A stretch of DNA of 64,000 nt from Bacillota bacterium (GCA_021769885.1 JAETSA010000001.1:39963-103962), one strand, 5' to 3'; positions 45,618 through 55,083 are shown, counted from the stretch's first letter. Notes: a model not told the origin generated them from the letters alone. Numbers and translations: made by a program.

Positions 45618-47173
45618 AAAATATCTCTCCTTTTGGTGATTTTAATAATTCTTTTATAAATCGGCTCTAATCTGCCGAAAATTTTACGGTATGCGCCTGT
45701 GTACAAATCCATATAGGTTTCATGTACATCCGGTCTCGGTAAAAAAACGCTTGTTTCGTGTACCATATGGCTGATGGCATCATCATAGTCTTTGAATATC
45801 CCTTTGGAGATGAAAGCGACCATGGATGCGCCGACGGAACAGGCTTCGTGCGTTTGAATCCGTTTAATCGGAAGGCCGAAAACATCTGCGGTGATCTGGC
45901 AGACGATGTCGCTTCTCGCACCGCCGCCGCCGACATATACTTCTTCAATTTTGAGTCCGGACCGCTTTTCCATAATCTTCAGAGAATGGTATAGTTCAAA
46001 TGCAATACCCTCGATAATGGCACGATAAAAATGAATATGCGTATGATAATCCGCAAACCCAACAACCGCACCACGCGAGGTCGGATTGATGACCCCGGGG
46101 GTCCAGTAAGGCTGGAGCAGCAGTCCCTCACAGCCGGGAGGCAGCTTTTCTATGTATTTGTCTAAGATCTGTTCGGGTGCGCAGCCGAGCACGCTTGCTT
46201 CCTGACGCTCCTCTGCACCGAATTCCTTTACAAACCAAGATACCAACCAAAAACCGCGATATATTTCAATTTCCGGATTAAACATATCGTTTGGAACGGC
46301 AGGGTAGGCAGGCATAAATTTCTGTGGCTCAAAATACTTTTTGACTGCCATTTGAATGGTTGCGGTTGTGCCAAAGGATATTGCGGCTTTGGTAGGCTTA
46401 GTGACAGAGAGACCGAGCGTTTCACAACCTTTGTCGGAACCGGTTGCAATCAGCGGAAGCCCTTCGGGAACACCACTTTGTTCGGAAAATTCTTTTGTGA
46501 CTGTACCGAGGATTTCTCCTGATTTTACAAGTCTGCAAAGCTTTTCCTGCGGCACATCGCAGATGCACTTCGTCAAAGAGGAATCTTTTTTCCACACGCG
46601 TTTTTCGTACTCAAACGGAATGTGCCCAATCATATTGGCTTCGGAATCCACTAAATTGCCTGTTATTTTGTAATTTAGATAGGTCGGAAGCATCACATAC
46701 TTAGCCGTTTTTTTCCAAATATCGGGTTGGTATTGACGAATCCAGTTAGAGGCAGTCGCACGATACAAAATTTTAGTCGCTTCCGCCATACCGGCGATTT
46801 TGAAAATCAGGTTTTTGTACAGCGGGAACGGATTGTTAAAATCAGCCTGCCGCTTGTCGAGCCATAAAATAATATCCCGCAACGGCACATGATTTTCATC
46901 TAAGCAAAGTACGGTATCACGAATGACGGTCAGCGTAACCGCGATTATACGTTGTATTTTTTCTGCGTTGCGTTCGCAAAGCACTTTGCTGATTTCGCAG
47001 ATGCGATCATAGTAAAAATCAGGACGTTGTTCAGCCCATCCGGGATTTCTGGAATAATACGGTTCATCGTATTTTACCTGATAAATGTCCTCAAAAGTGC
47101 CGTCAGGCGCGACTAGCAGACCCCTTGCGCTTTGTGTTCCGATATCAAAAGTCAGAACCAATGGTGCATCCAT
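45614..47173 (-). CDS. FGGY-family carbohydrate/polyol kinase (not a canonical GlpK)
   Basis: 519 aa. N-terminal phosphate-1 motif LTFDIGTQSARG. C-terminal GGGARS and ADVFGLPI motifs are present. ATG behind AGGGAGG. Confidence 0.8.
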   Translation of the reverse strand: MDAPLVLTFDIGTQSARGLLVAPDGTFEDIYQVKYDEPYYSRNPGWAEQRPDFYYDRICEISKVLCERNAEKIQRIIAVTLTVIRDTVLCLDENHVPLRDIILWLDKRQADFNNPFPLYKNLIFKIAGMAEATKILYRATASNWIRQYQPDIWKKTAKYVMLPTYLNYKITGNLVDSEANMIGHIPFEYEKRVWKKDSSLTKCICDVPQEKLCRLVKSGEILGTVTKEFSEQSGVPEGLPLIATGSDKGCETLGLSVTKPTKAAISFGTTATIQMAVKKYFEPQKFMPAYPAVPNDMFNPEIEIYRGFWLVSWFVKEFGAEERQEASVLGCAPEQILDKYIEKLPPGCEGLLLQPYWTPGVINPTSRGAVVGFADYHTHIHFYRAIIEGIAFELYHSLKIMEKRSGLKIEEVYVGGGGARSDIVCQITADVFGLPIKRIQTHEACSVGASMVAFISKGIFKDYDDAISHMVHETSVFLPRPDVHETYMDLYTGAYRKIFGRLEPIYKRIIKITKRRDIL

Positions 47174-47188
47174 TAACAGGTACCTCCC

Positions 47189-47554
47189 TTATTTCTCAAC
47201 TTGCCGAAGTAAATCGGAAGTTGCAATGATATCTGCGCCAAGATTTAACACATCTTTCAAGAGGACATCACCGCGGCGAACAGGATTTTTGACGATAATA
47301 GAATTGATTTCGCGCATCACGTCAAAAATTTTGTCTTTCGGGATTTCGGCCGATACACGAACGGGGAGTACCGGCGCTTGCGAAAAGACAGTGCGCACGG
47401 TTGTGCAGATGGTGCGTTTCGGCTCGGTCATTTCGGAAATGGCAAACTGCGCACCGCGTTTACAGGTATTTCCGCTTACCTTGTATGCACCGTTTTCCTG
47501 TTCAATGTGCATCGTACAGCCTTTGGGGCAGACGATACAAACAAGTTCATTCAT
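47189..47554 (-). CDS. DUF1667 domain protein (paralog of 22174..22533)
   Basis: CIVCPKGC...SGNTCKRG, the same Cys pattern and length as the first copy. Confidence 0.75.
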   Translation of the reverse strand: MNELVCIVCPKGCTMHIEQENGAYKVSGNTCKRGAQFAISEMTEPKRTICTTVRTVFSQAPVLPVRVSAEIPKDKIFDVMREINSIIVKNPVRRGDVLLKDVLNLGADIIATSDLLRQVEK

Positions 47555-48806
47555 CGGATTTCACCTCAATATCCAATTGAATTTCAGAATTCTCTGATAG
47601 TTGATACTGTGAAAAATCAATCTGTAGTTTTTCCATTTCGGGTGGACGCAGGAAAGGATATTTTTTTGAAAAAACCGTTTTCCCATCCACCGTAATTTTG
47701 AAGGTACAGCCGTTTAAGATATCCCGACTGCGGAAATACAAAACCGTTTTTTGATTATCACTGTTCAAATCCAACTTTTGCGGGACGGCATACAGTAAGC
47801 GTGAACCGGCTTTTACGGGGATTTCTTTTCTTTCTGCTTTTACATATTTTGCCGCATTTTCGCCCGCAATTTCGCCGCTTTCAGAAACATAGTCAACAAG
47901 GTCGTTTACGTGTAATGCGTTTCCGCAAGAGAAAATACCGCTGACAGAGGTCATCAGCTGTGCGTTGCAAACAGGACCTTTGGTTTTGGGGTCGAGTTGA
48001 ACGTCTAATGTTTCGGCAAGCTCGTTTTCAGGAATCAATCCAACAGAAAGAATTAATGCATCACATTCCAGAATTTGCTCCGTTCCCGAAATCGGTTGCA
48101 TTTTATCGTCCACTTCGGCAATTTCAACAGCGGTTAAACGGTCTGCGCCGAATACACGGGTAACGGTATGTGACAGATATAGGGGAATATCATAATCATG
48201 CAAGCACTGATGAATATTGCGCGTCAGTCCTGACGGTGTGGATTTCGCTTCATACACGCCAAGCACCTTTGCCCCCTCTAAGGTTAAGCGGCGCGCCATA
48301 ATTAAGCCGATGTCACCACTGCCGAGAATGACACATTTTTTTGTGGGCAATTCACCTAACAGATTTGTAAAATGCTGTGCAGTGCCTGCGGTGAATACGC
48401 CTGCGGGGCGTGTACCGTGAATGTTGACCTGCTTTGCCGTGCGTTCGCGGCAGCCTGTGGCTAAAATCAGCGCTTTTGCCGTAACGGTTTCCACACCGTC
48501 GCGATTGACAAGCACAGCGGAAAAACCGCTTGCATTTTTTTCAAGTCTGGTCACAAACGTCAGCGTTTTTGCTTCCAAATTTAGCTTGTGAAATTCATCT
48601 ATAAAACGTTCGGCATATTCGGGACCAGAGAGCTTTTCCTGAAAACGTACCAACCCGAAGCCGTCATGAATACACTGCTTTAAAATGCCGCCGAGCCGTG
48701 CTTCTCGCTCAACAAGTAAAGTCTTTGCACCATTTTTATGTGCGGCAATGGCGGCCGCAAGTCCGGCGGGACCGCCGCCGATGACCAGTACATCATAGTT
48801 CTGCAT
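47547..48806 (-). CDS. NAD(P)/FAD-dependent oxidoreductase (paralog of 20913..22169)
   Basis: DVLVIGGGPAGLAAA and CVILGSGDIGLIMA. Collinear with the first copy. ATG at 48806 behind AAGGAGG. Confidence 0.75.
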   Translation of the reverse strand: MQNYDVLVIGGGPAGLAAAIAAHKNGAKTLLVEREARLGGILKQCIHDGFGLVRFQEKLSGPEYAERFIDEFHKLNLEAKTLTFVTRLEKNASGFSAVLVNRDGVETVTAKALILATGCRERTAKQVNIHGTRPAGVFTAGTAQHFTNLLGELPTKKCVILGSGDIGLIMARRLTLEGAKVLGVYEAKSTPSGLTRNIHQCLHDYDIPLYLSHTVTRVFGADRLTAVEIAEVDDKMQPISGTEQILECDALILSVGLIPENELAETLDVQLDPKTKGPVCNAQLMTSVSGIFSCGNALHVNDLVDYVSESGEIAGENAAKYVKAERKEIPVKAGSRLLYAVPQKLDLNSDNQKTVLYFRSRDILNGCTFKITVDGKTVFSKKYPFLRPPEMEKLQIDFSQYQLSENSEIQLDIEVKSDE

Positions 48807-48830
48807 AAATATTCCTCCTTTCAAACGCCG

Positions 48831-50534
48831 TTATTTAGTTCTGCCGAATGTAATTGCAGAGTCCGCAGAGGATTTTTTGACTTCCGACAGCGGAACGCCC
48901 AAAAAATCAGCAATGATTTGCGTAACAAGCGGAGAGCAAAACCCGCCTTGGCATCTGCCCATTCCGGGACGGATACGTTTCTTAATGCCATCTACGGTCG
49001 GTACGCAGATGGGCGAACGCAGTGCATCGAGAATTTCACCTTTGCTGATTTCTTCACAACGGCAAACGATAACGCCGTAATCGGGATTTTTTCGAATCAT
49101 TTCCGCGCGTTGTTTGTCATTCATATCCTTGAGTACGGGGACTCCGTGACGAATCGGCGAAAAATTTGGATTCTTTTCCACGGTTTGTACCCGACGCAGC
49201 ATTTGCACCGCCATTTTTTCAATATCCAGCGCAACAGCGGGAGCAGTTGTAAGGCCTGGGGACTGTATACCCGCACAGTGAATCAGATTTTTGGTCTTTC
49301 GTCCGCTTTCAATAATGAAATCCTCTTCAAAGGTGGGTGCGCGAACGCCTGTAAAATAGGTGATGATGTCCCGCTCGGAAAGCTTTGGCATAGTTCGTTT
49401 TTGCTTGCTGAATACAGCTTCAATGCTTTCCTTGTGTGTTTCGGTATTTTCTTTTTCGTAGGTTTCTACTGCATCCGGTCCGATGAGCAGATTGTTATGT
49501 ACCGTGTGTAAAATGCCGCCACCCTTGGAATGCGTTTTGGAAACTGTCAAGTCTTTTACCGATGCAATAGAGTGCATATATGCACCGGCCTTTTTGTCGA
49601 GAATTGAATTTGTACCGCGCCTCGGGTGAATCGAGAAAAATCTGTCATTTGCCATTTTGGCAATATCCTCGGCAAATACGCCGGCGGCGCTAATCACAAG
49701 CTTCGGGTAAACGACACCGCGGTTGGTCTTGACACTTTTGATTTCCCCGTTTTCGACTTCCATATCCAATACAGCGGTGTTCAGTGCAATTTCCACACCG
49801 TTCTGTACGGCATTTTCCGCATAGGCGATGGTCAATCCGTAAGGGCAAACACAGCCCGAGGAGGGGTTGGAAATAGCGAATTTGAATTCCTCGGCAAAAT
49901 TCGGCTCAATTCTCTTTAATTCCGTGCCCGAAATCAGCTTTGTATCGGAAATTCCGCTGTGCTTTTTCCGATATAAGCAATACAGATATACAAGCGGCTT
50001 TGCAAAGCCCTTGTTAAAACAGACGTATTGTCCGACACGGCGGAACGGTACATCCAGTTCGCGGCAAATCTCATCGAACATCGCATTGCCTTTTCGGATG
50101 TAATAATGTTTTTTAGAGCCCTTTGAGAGGTCAATACCAGGGTGAACTTCGCCGTCATTTCTGCCCGAGGCCTGCAAGGCGAGGTCGGCTTCCTTTTCCA
50201 CAAGAAGAATATCCAACTTCCATTTGGAAAGCTCTCTTGCAATGGAAACGCCGGAAATACCGCCGCCGATAATCAAAATATCAGGCTTTCTGCCGTCCAA
50301 AGCACTGTCCTGCAATTTTGGTGTCCGCATCGGGAGGGATTTGACTTCCCGGCACACAATATCGTTCACTACGTGCGTGGAACTGTATTTGGTAGCCGCC
50401 AGCTGACAGGCTTCCACGGTGTCCTGCCAGGTCGGCAGTTCACCGCTGAGAATGATACAGCCGCCCGATAGTTTTGCGCGAACCGCCCCGTGGAAACGAG
50501 CATTCAATTTTTTGTTGATTTGATTTAAATTCAT
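48831..50534 (-). CDS. GlpA-like FAD-dependent dehydrogenase with a BFD-like [2Fe-2S] domain and an extra N-terminal BON-like domain
   Basis: The core is collinear with 19471..20901 (DILIIGGGISG; CRCEEISKGEILDAL...GMGRCQGGFC). It carries about 90 extra N-terminal residues, including GGCIILSGELPTWQDTVEACQLAA......HVVNDIV. I prefer the ATG at 50534. Confidence 0.75.
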   Translation of the reverse strand: MNLNQINKKLNARFHGAVRAKLSGGCIILSGELPTWQDTVEACQLAATKYSSTHVVNDIVCREVKSLPMRTPKLQDSALDGRKPDILIIGGGISGVSIARELSKWKLDILLVEKEADLALQASGRNDGEVHPGIDLSKGSKKHYYIRKGNAMFDEICRELDVPFRRVGQYVCFNKGFAKPLVYLYCLYRKKHSGISDTKLISGTELKRIEPNFAEEFKFAISNPSSGCVCPYGLTIAYAENAVQNGVEIALNTAVLDMEVENGEIKSVKTNRGVVYPKLVISAAGVFAEDIAKMANDRFFSIHPRRGTNSILDKKAGAYMHSIASVKDLTVSKTHSKGGGILHTVHNNLLIGPDAVETYEKENTETHKESIEAVFSKQKRTMPKLSERDIITYFTGVRAPTFEEDFIIESGRKTKNLIHCAGIQSPGLTTAPAVALDIEKMAVQMLRRVQTVEKNPNFSPIRHGVPVLKDMNDKQRAEMIRKNPDYGVIVCRCEEISKGEILDALRSPICVPTVDGIKKRIRPGMGRCQGGFCSPLVTQIIADFLGVPLSEVKKSSADSAITFGRTK

Positions 50535-50754
50535 TTTCAACACCTTCTCAAGAAAGTCGGCTGAATGACCGACTGTTTCTATAGTGAATCATACTACGGC
50601 GCGCCGAATTTGTCAATAGTATATAAAATAATTAATTTTTAATGGAGGTTTTTATAAAAACCATTGATATTTTTTTCACAAAAGCGTATAAAGCTGTAGA
50701 CAACTTTACAGTTCTGTGATACTATATTGACACAATGAATAACGGAGTGGATAT

Positions 50755-51318
50755 ATGGCGGCACCGAGAAAAGAAAACATTAAAGAGGTTATTCTGAACG
50801 CAACCTGTGCACTTTTGGAAACACAGGCGCTTGCGGATATTTCCTTGGCACAGATTGCTGAAACAGCGGGTGTGTCAAAAGGGACTTTGTATTATCATTA
50901 TAAGACGAAGGGCGAAATTTTTTTTGATATTACCGACCGCTATCTGAACGAGCAGATGGAGGATTTTGTGCGTTGGACGGAAAACAAGGAAAAGGATACT
51001 TCTATTCAGCGTCTGGTCAAGTATGTTGTAGAGCGCAACACTTCCTCTGCGGGACTGCGTATGCATTTATTCTATGAAGCACAGCTCGGGGATACGGCTC
51101 TGCAAGGCAAGCTGCAGGAAAGATACAGTGCCTTTCACCAAAGCATCAGCCAAAAAATCGCCGAACGTACAGATTTCCCTGCAGATTTTCTGACGTGGCT
51201 GATTTTGTTGGCTTCGGACGGAATTATTGTACAGGAAGCAATAAAAAATGAAAGCTTTGATACCAATGCGTTTATTCAGCAAGGCGCAAAGCTTTTAGAA
51301 GTGCTCGGAAAAGAATGA
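50755..51318 (+). CDS. TetR/AcrR family transcriptional regulator
   Basis: 187 aa with the N-terminal HTH segment SLAQIAETAGVSKGTLYYHYKTKGEI. Divergent from the five-gene operon. Confidence 0.88.
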   Translation: MAAPRKENIKEVILNATCALLETQALADISLAQIAETAGVSKGTLYYHYKTKGEIFFDITDRYLNEQMEDFVRWTENKEKDTSIQRLVKYVVERNTSSAGLRMHLFYEAQLGDTALQGKLQERYSAFHQSISQKIAERTDFPADFLTWLILLASDGIIVQEAIKNESFDTNAFIQQGAKLLEVLGKE

Positions 51319-51361
51319 GTCGAACCAATAGAATGACCTAGCTATTAAAAAATATTTGTAG

Positions 51362-51412
51362 AAACAGCCAAAAATACCGCAACGTAATGCAGCGGTGCTT
51401 TTGGCTGTTTTT
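51362..51412 (+). terminator. Rho-independent terminator after the TetR gene
   Basis: AAACAGCCAAAA..ACCGC pairs with GCGGT..TTTTGGCTGTTT (with a 2 nt internal mismatch), followed by a T-run. Confidence 0.7.
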
Positions 51413-51463
51413 AACGAAATTTACGCACGGCTTTTATAATCTTTCATAAAAATTATTTCATTA

Positions 51464-51493
51464 TTGCAGATTTTGTGTCGTTTGTGCTATAAT
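51464..51493 (+). promoter_or_regulatory. Promoter of the transporter-LRR operon
   Basis: TTGCAG (51464..51469), an 18 nt spacer, then TGC-TATAAT (extended -10; TATAAT at 51488..51493). Confidence 0.55.
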
Positions 51494-51526
51494 CAAATAT
51501 AACGCTCAATCTTCGGGAGGAATTAT

Positions 51527-53938
51527 ATGCATTTTGTTGAAAAGGTCAAGTTTGCTGAAAAAGTCAAGGAGGGCGTTTCCAAGGTCGGAACGTACTGGAA
51601 AACACCGCCTTTGGGCAAATATGTTACTTATAAGGAAATGATTGCCTACGGTGTCGGCGGTATGGGCGTGCAATTTGTTATATACTTTGCCGGACTGATT
51701 GCTCTGTCAGCAACGAGCTTTTTGGTCGGCAATACCATCGGCATCAAGCCGATGCATTTGCAGTATATGGCGGTTATTTCGACCTTAATCGGTTTTCTGA
51801 TTACAATTGTCCGTTCCTATATTATTGATAATTCCCGTTTGAAAGCGGGCAAATTCCGCCCGTGGCTTGCCATTATGGGCATTCCGACGGTGATTTTGTC
51901 CGTGATATTCGTTTGGCTGCCGTATGAAACAATGTCCTATATGCAAAAAGCGGCGGCTGTCTTTATTTTCTATAACCTTTTGCAGTGCTTCTATCCGTTT
52001 TTCCAAAATTCTTATACGGATTTGGCAAATGTTATTTCTCCCAACTCCCACGAACGAACCGATATTGTTTCGGTTTCTTCCATTATTTATTCGATGGCGC
52101 CGTCCTTAACCGGTCTGTTTGTTCCGATGCTTGCAGGTCTTACGGGCGGTCTTAACAACATCAGGACCTATCGAATTATCCACCCGATTGTTGCCGTTAT
52201 CGGCATTGCGCTGACGTATATCGCGGTGCTCGGTACAAAAGAGCGTATTGTTGTTGCAAAAACACATATTTCGCATTTCAAATTTTCCGACGCGTTCCGC
52301 TCGGTTGCGAAAAATAAATATTTCTGGATTACCTCGCTTGCAGGCTGGTTGGGCTTTTTGGAGGGCGCGGTCAGCGTGATTATCGGCTGGACATTTATTT
52401 ATGCCTATCCCGAACGCACAGGACTGTACGGTGTTGTTTCCACGCTTATCGGGAATGCGGCGCTTTGGGCGATGATTATTTGCCCGTTCGCCATTCGTAC
52501 CATCGGCAAGCGAAATTTGCTGATTTGGTGTAATTTTGCCAATATCTTTTTAATCGGGCTTTTATACCCGCTGTATGACCAACTGTGGGCGTTGATAATT
52601 CTGTATTATTTGAATGGCTTTGTGAATTCGTTTGCCATTGTTTATAACCCCGGGATTAACGCCGATATGCGCGACTATCAGCAGTATTACACCGGCGAGC
52701 GTATTGACGGTATGTTCGGCGCGGTCGGCATTATCGGCAGCTTTATCGGTATGTTCACCGGTATGGTTTTACCGCTTATTTACCAAAACCTCGGTCTTCA
52801 AGACAACTACAATGTTTTGGAGGTCACCTCGTTCCGCGAGGATATGTTTGAGGTCTTAATTATTGCGGCGGTTATCGGCGCATTTATGAATATGGTGCCG
52901 TATTTCTTCTACGACTTGACCGAGGTCAAACAGCGCGGCATTGTCAAGGTTTTGAAAATCCGCGCGATGTTTGAGGATTACGGCAACGGCGCGCTCAAAG
53001 ACGAAGACTTGGTCGAGGCGATTGATTTAATTGATGAGGCAAACCGTTTGTACGCGGACCGTGTACATATGACCACCAAAGACGATATTCAAAAAGCTAA
53101 GCGTCTGCCGTCGAGAACGCCGGAAGAAAAAGCATTCCGCAAGTCGGAAATTGCACGACTGCAAAAAGCATACAAAGCTTGTGAACAAGAGCGCAAACAA
53201 AAAATTCACGACACAAAAGCGCGTGCAAAGGCATTGCCGAAGGGTACGCCCGAAGAAAAAGCAGCGCGCAAAGCGGCAATGAAAACGGCGCGCAAAGAGG
53301 TTCGTGCCTATAAGCGTTTGAATGAGGATATTTCCGTTTGTGATTTCGTCATTGACGAAATGAACAAGTACAGTACTGTGCGCACACAAATGCAGTACAA
53401 CCGTTATACCGCGCTCAAGGCGGCGGGATTTGAAGCGATTCGCAACGCCGATAAATCTCTTTTGAAAGAGGCAAAGGCAATGCCGAAATCCACGCACGAG
53501 GAACGCGAATGCCGCAGCGACGCGATGGCGTATGCACGTCAGATGATGACCTGCCGCAAAAATATGGAAAAATACTTTAAAAACCGAGAGGTTATCGTGC
53601 CTGACGAGCACGTGCTGGAGGCGGCGGAAGCGATGCCCGAAGACACCTTACAGCAGCGCATTCAAAAGAAAAAAGCCATTAAGACTTTTATTAATGAAAA
53701 ATCGCGGTATGTGCGTGCCGTCAAGATTATGCTGGATGCGGAACGTATGATTACCGAGCGGAAAAACTTTACGCATTTGGATGAAATCCGTGAAAAGTAC
53801 GTGGAAGCCAAAGAACGTGCCGACGAAGCCTTTGCGGCAAAGAAAGCAGAGGTTGAACGCTTGGAAGCCGAGCGTAAAACTGATACGGAACGTCGTAAGC
53901 AAGAACGCCTTGCGAAGAAAGGGGGCAGTCAAAAATGA
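51527..53938 (+). CDS. GPH/MFS-type transporter fused to a ~340 aa charged, repeat-containing C-terminal domain
   Basis: 803 aa. Residues ~1-460 form about 12 TM helices with a GPH-like N-terminus (YWKTPPLGKYVTYKEMIAYGVGGMG) and DMRDYQQYYTGERIDGMF. From about 52915 onward the sequence is K/E/A/R-rich and lacks hydrophobic segments. It contains four A-[KE]-x-[LM]-P-x-x-T-x-[EQ]-[EQ]-[KR] repeats. Confidence 0.75.
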   Translation: MHFVEKVKFAEKVKEGVSKVGTYWKTPPLGKYVTYKEMIAYGVGGMGVQFVIYFAGLIALSATSFLVGNTIGIKPMHLQYMAVISTLIGFLITIVRSYIIDNSRLKAGKFRPWLAIMGIPTVILSVIFVWLPYETMSYMQKAAAVFIFYNLLQCFYPFFQNSYTDLANVISPNSHERTDIVSVSSIIYSMAPSLTGLFVPMLAGLTGGLNNIRTYRIIHPIVAVIGIALTYIAVLGTKERIVVAKTHISHFKFSDAFRSVAKNKYFWITSLAGWLGFLEGAVSVIIGWTFIYAYPERTGLYGVVSTLIGNAALWAMIICPFAIRTIGKRNLLIWCNFANIFLIGLLYPLYDQLWALIILYYLNGFVNSFAIVYNPGINADMRDYQQYYTGERIDGMFGAVGIIGSFIGMFTGMVLPLIYQNLGLQDNYNVLEVTSFREDMFEVLIIAAVIGAFMNMVPYFFYDLTEVKQRGIVKVLKIRAMFEDYGNGALKDEDLVEAIDLIDEANRLYADRVHMTTKDDIQKAKRLPSRTPEEKAFRKSEIARLQKAYKACEQERKQKIHDTKARAKALPKGTPEEKAARKAAMKTARKEVRAYKRLNEDISVCDFVIDEMNKYSTVRTQMQYNRYTALKAAGFEAIRNADKSLLKEAKAMPKSTHEERECRSDAMAYARQMMTCRKNMEKYFKNREVIVPDEHVLEAAEAMPEDTLQQRIQKKKAIKTFINEKSRYVRAVKIMLDAERMITERKNFTHLDEIREKYVEAKERADEAFAAKKAEVERLEAERKTDTERRKQERLAKKGGSQK

Positions 53939-55032
53939 AAAAAAGAGTAACATCTGTCTTGCTTGTGTTGATGCTTTGCCTGTCTGTTGTATTCTGTGGC
54001 TGTAGTAAAGAGGACGTTTTGCACGCCCTCGCCATTGACACCGATACATATGACCCTGCGCTCGAAATGGTTTCCACGGTGCTCGGTAAGACGGTGAAAG
54101 AAGAAGGGCTTACAAGCGGCGACTTTACCTATCTTGTATTTGAAGATGGCACTGCTGCAATTACTGCGTGGCACAATGACATCGTTCCGCCCGAAAAAAA
54201 CGAAGAGTCAGAGAAAACTGACCCCTTTGTGTTGGTCCTTGAAATCCCCGAAACATTGGACGGTCACACCGTGGTTGCCCTTGAAAATAAATCCCTTTAC
54301 AAAGCGCATATGACTGAGCTCATTCTGCCCGATACCATAGAAGTCGTCGGGAACTTTGCCGCGATGTATTGCACCGAGCTTCAAAAGGTTACTTTCGGCA
54401 AAAATATCCGCAACATCGGTGTAAGTGCCTTTGAGAGCGAGGGTGACAATACCAAAAGTGAGGGCAAGGGCAAATTGACAACCCTTGTGTGGAACGGTGC
54501 GCCTGAAATTATACGCGAAAAGGCGTTTTGCTATGATGATAAGATTGCGGAAATCGTGTTGCCGACAGGCGTAAAAACAATTGAAAATTGGGCATTTGCA
54601 AAATGCTATGCTGCTGATAAAATTATTTTGGGCGAAGGGTTGGAAACCATCGGTGACCATGCATTCTTAAAATGTACGTCGGCAAAGGAAATTGTGATTC
54701 CCAATACATGTAAAACCGTAGAAACCAGTGCGTTTTACCGTTGTTCTGCCGCTGAAACGCTGATTATCGGCGAGGGTGTGGAAACCTTGCAAAAGGGCGC
54801 ATTCGAAGAGTGCGCATCACTGAAATCCGTTGTCGTACCTGACAGTGTTAAAACGATGGAGCCGTATATTTTCTATAATTGCACTGCGCTGGAATCTTGT
54901 AAGATGGGTTCTCCCGAAATTATGGAAAAGGATATTTTCACAGGTGCGGAGCAGGTCGTTGTGACTGCACCGTCCGGCAGTACAGCAGAAGAATATGCGC
55001 ACGCAAATCAAATACAGTTTGTGACTGCTTAA
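53935..55032 (+). CDS. BspA-type leucine-rich-repeat (LRR_5) surface lipoprotein
   Basis: Lipobox VVFCGC. Repeating I..(N/H)AF..C..L..I.(I/L)P..V..I units are present (for example IENWAFAKCYAADKIILGEGLETIGDHAFLKCTSAKEIVIPNTCKTVETSAFYRC). ATGA overlap with the upstream transporter gene. Confidence 0.8.
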   Translation: MKKRVTSVLLVLMLCLSVVFCGCSKEDVLHALAIDTDTYDPALEMVSTVLGKTVKEEGLTSGDFTYLVFEDGTAAITAWHNDIVPPEKNEESEKTDPFVLVLEIPETLDGHTVVALENKSLYKAHMTELILPDTIEVVGNFAAMYCTELQKVTFGKNIRNIGVSAFESEGDNTKSEGKGKLTTLVWNGAPEIIREKAFCYDDKIAEIVLPTGVKTIENWAFAKCYAADKIILGEGLETIGDHAFLKCTSAKEIVIPNTCKTVETSAFYRCSAAETLIIGEGVETLQKGAFEECASLKSVVVPDSVKTMEPYIFYNCTALESCKMGSPEIMEKDIFTGAEQVVVTAPSGSTAEEYAHANQIQFVTA

Positions 55033-55048
55033 ACTTGATGAAACAGAG

Positions 55049-55083
55049 CAAACCGTTGCGTTTTACGCAGCGGTTTGTTTTTG
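55049..55083 (+). terminator. Rho-independent terminator
   Basis: CAAACCGTTGCG (55049..55060) pairs with CGCAGCGGTTTG (55066..55077), followed by TTTTT. Confidence 0.75.

Noticed and set aside
50700-50745. The small inverted repeat CTGTA-N8-TACAG overlapping a putative -35 (TAGACA) upstream of the TetR gene, considered as a possible operator.
   Set aside because: The arms are only 5 bp and the promoter assignment is itself tentative. This is not enough evidence to call a TetR operator.
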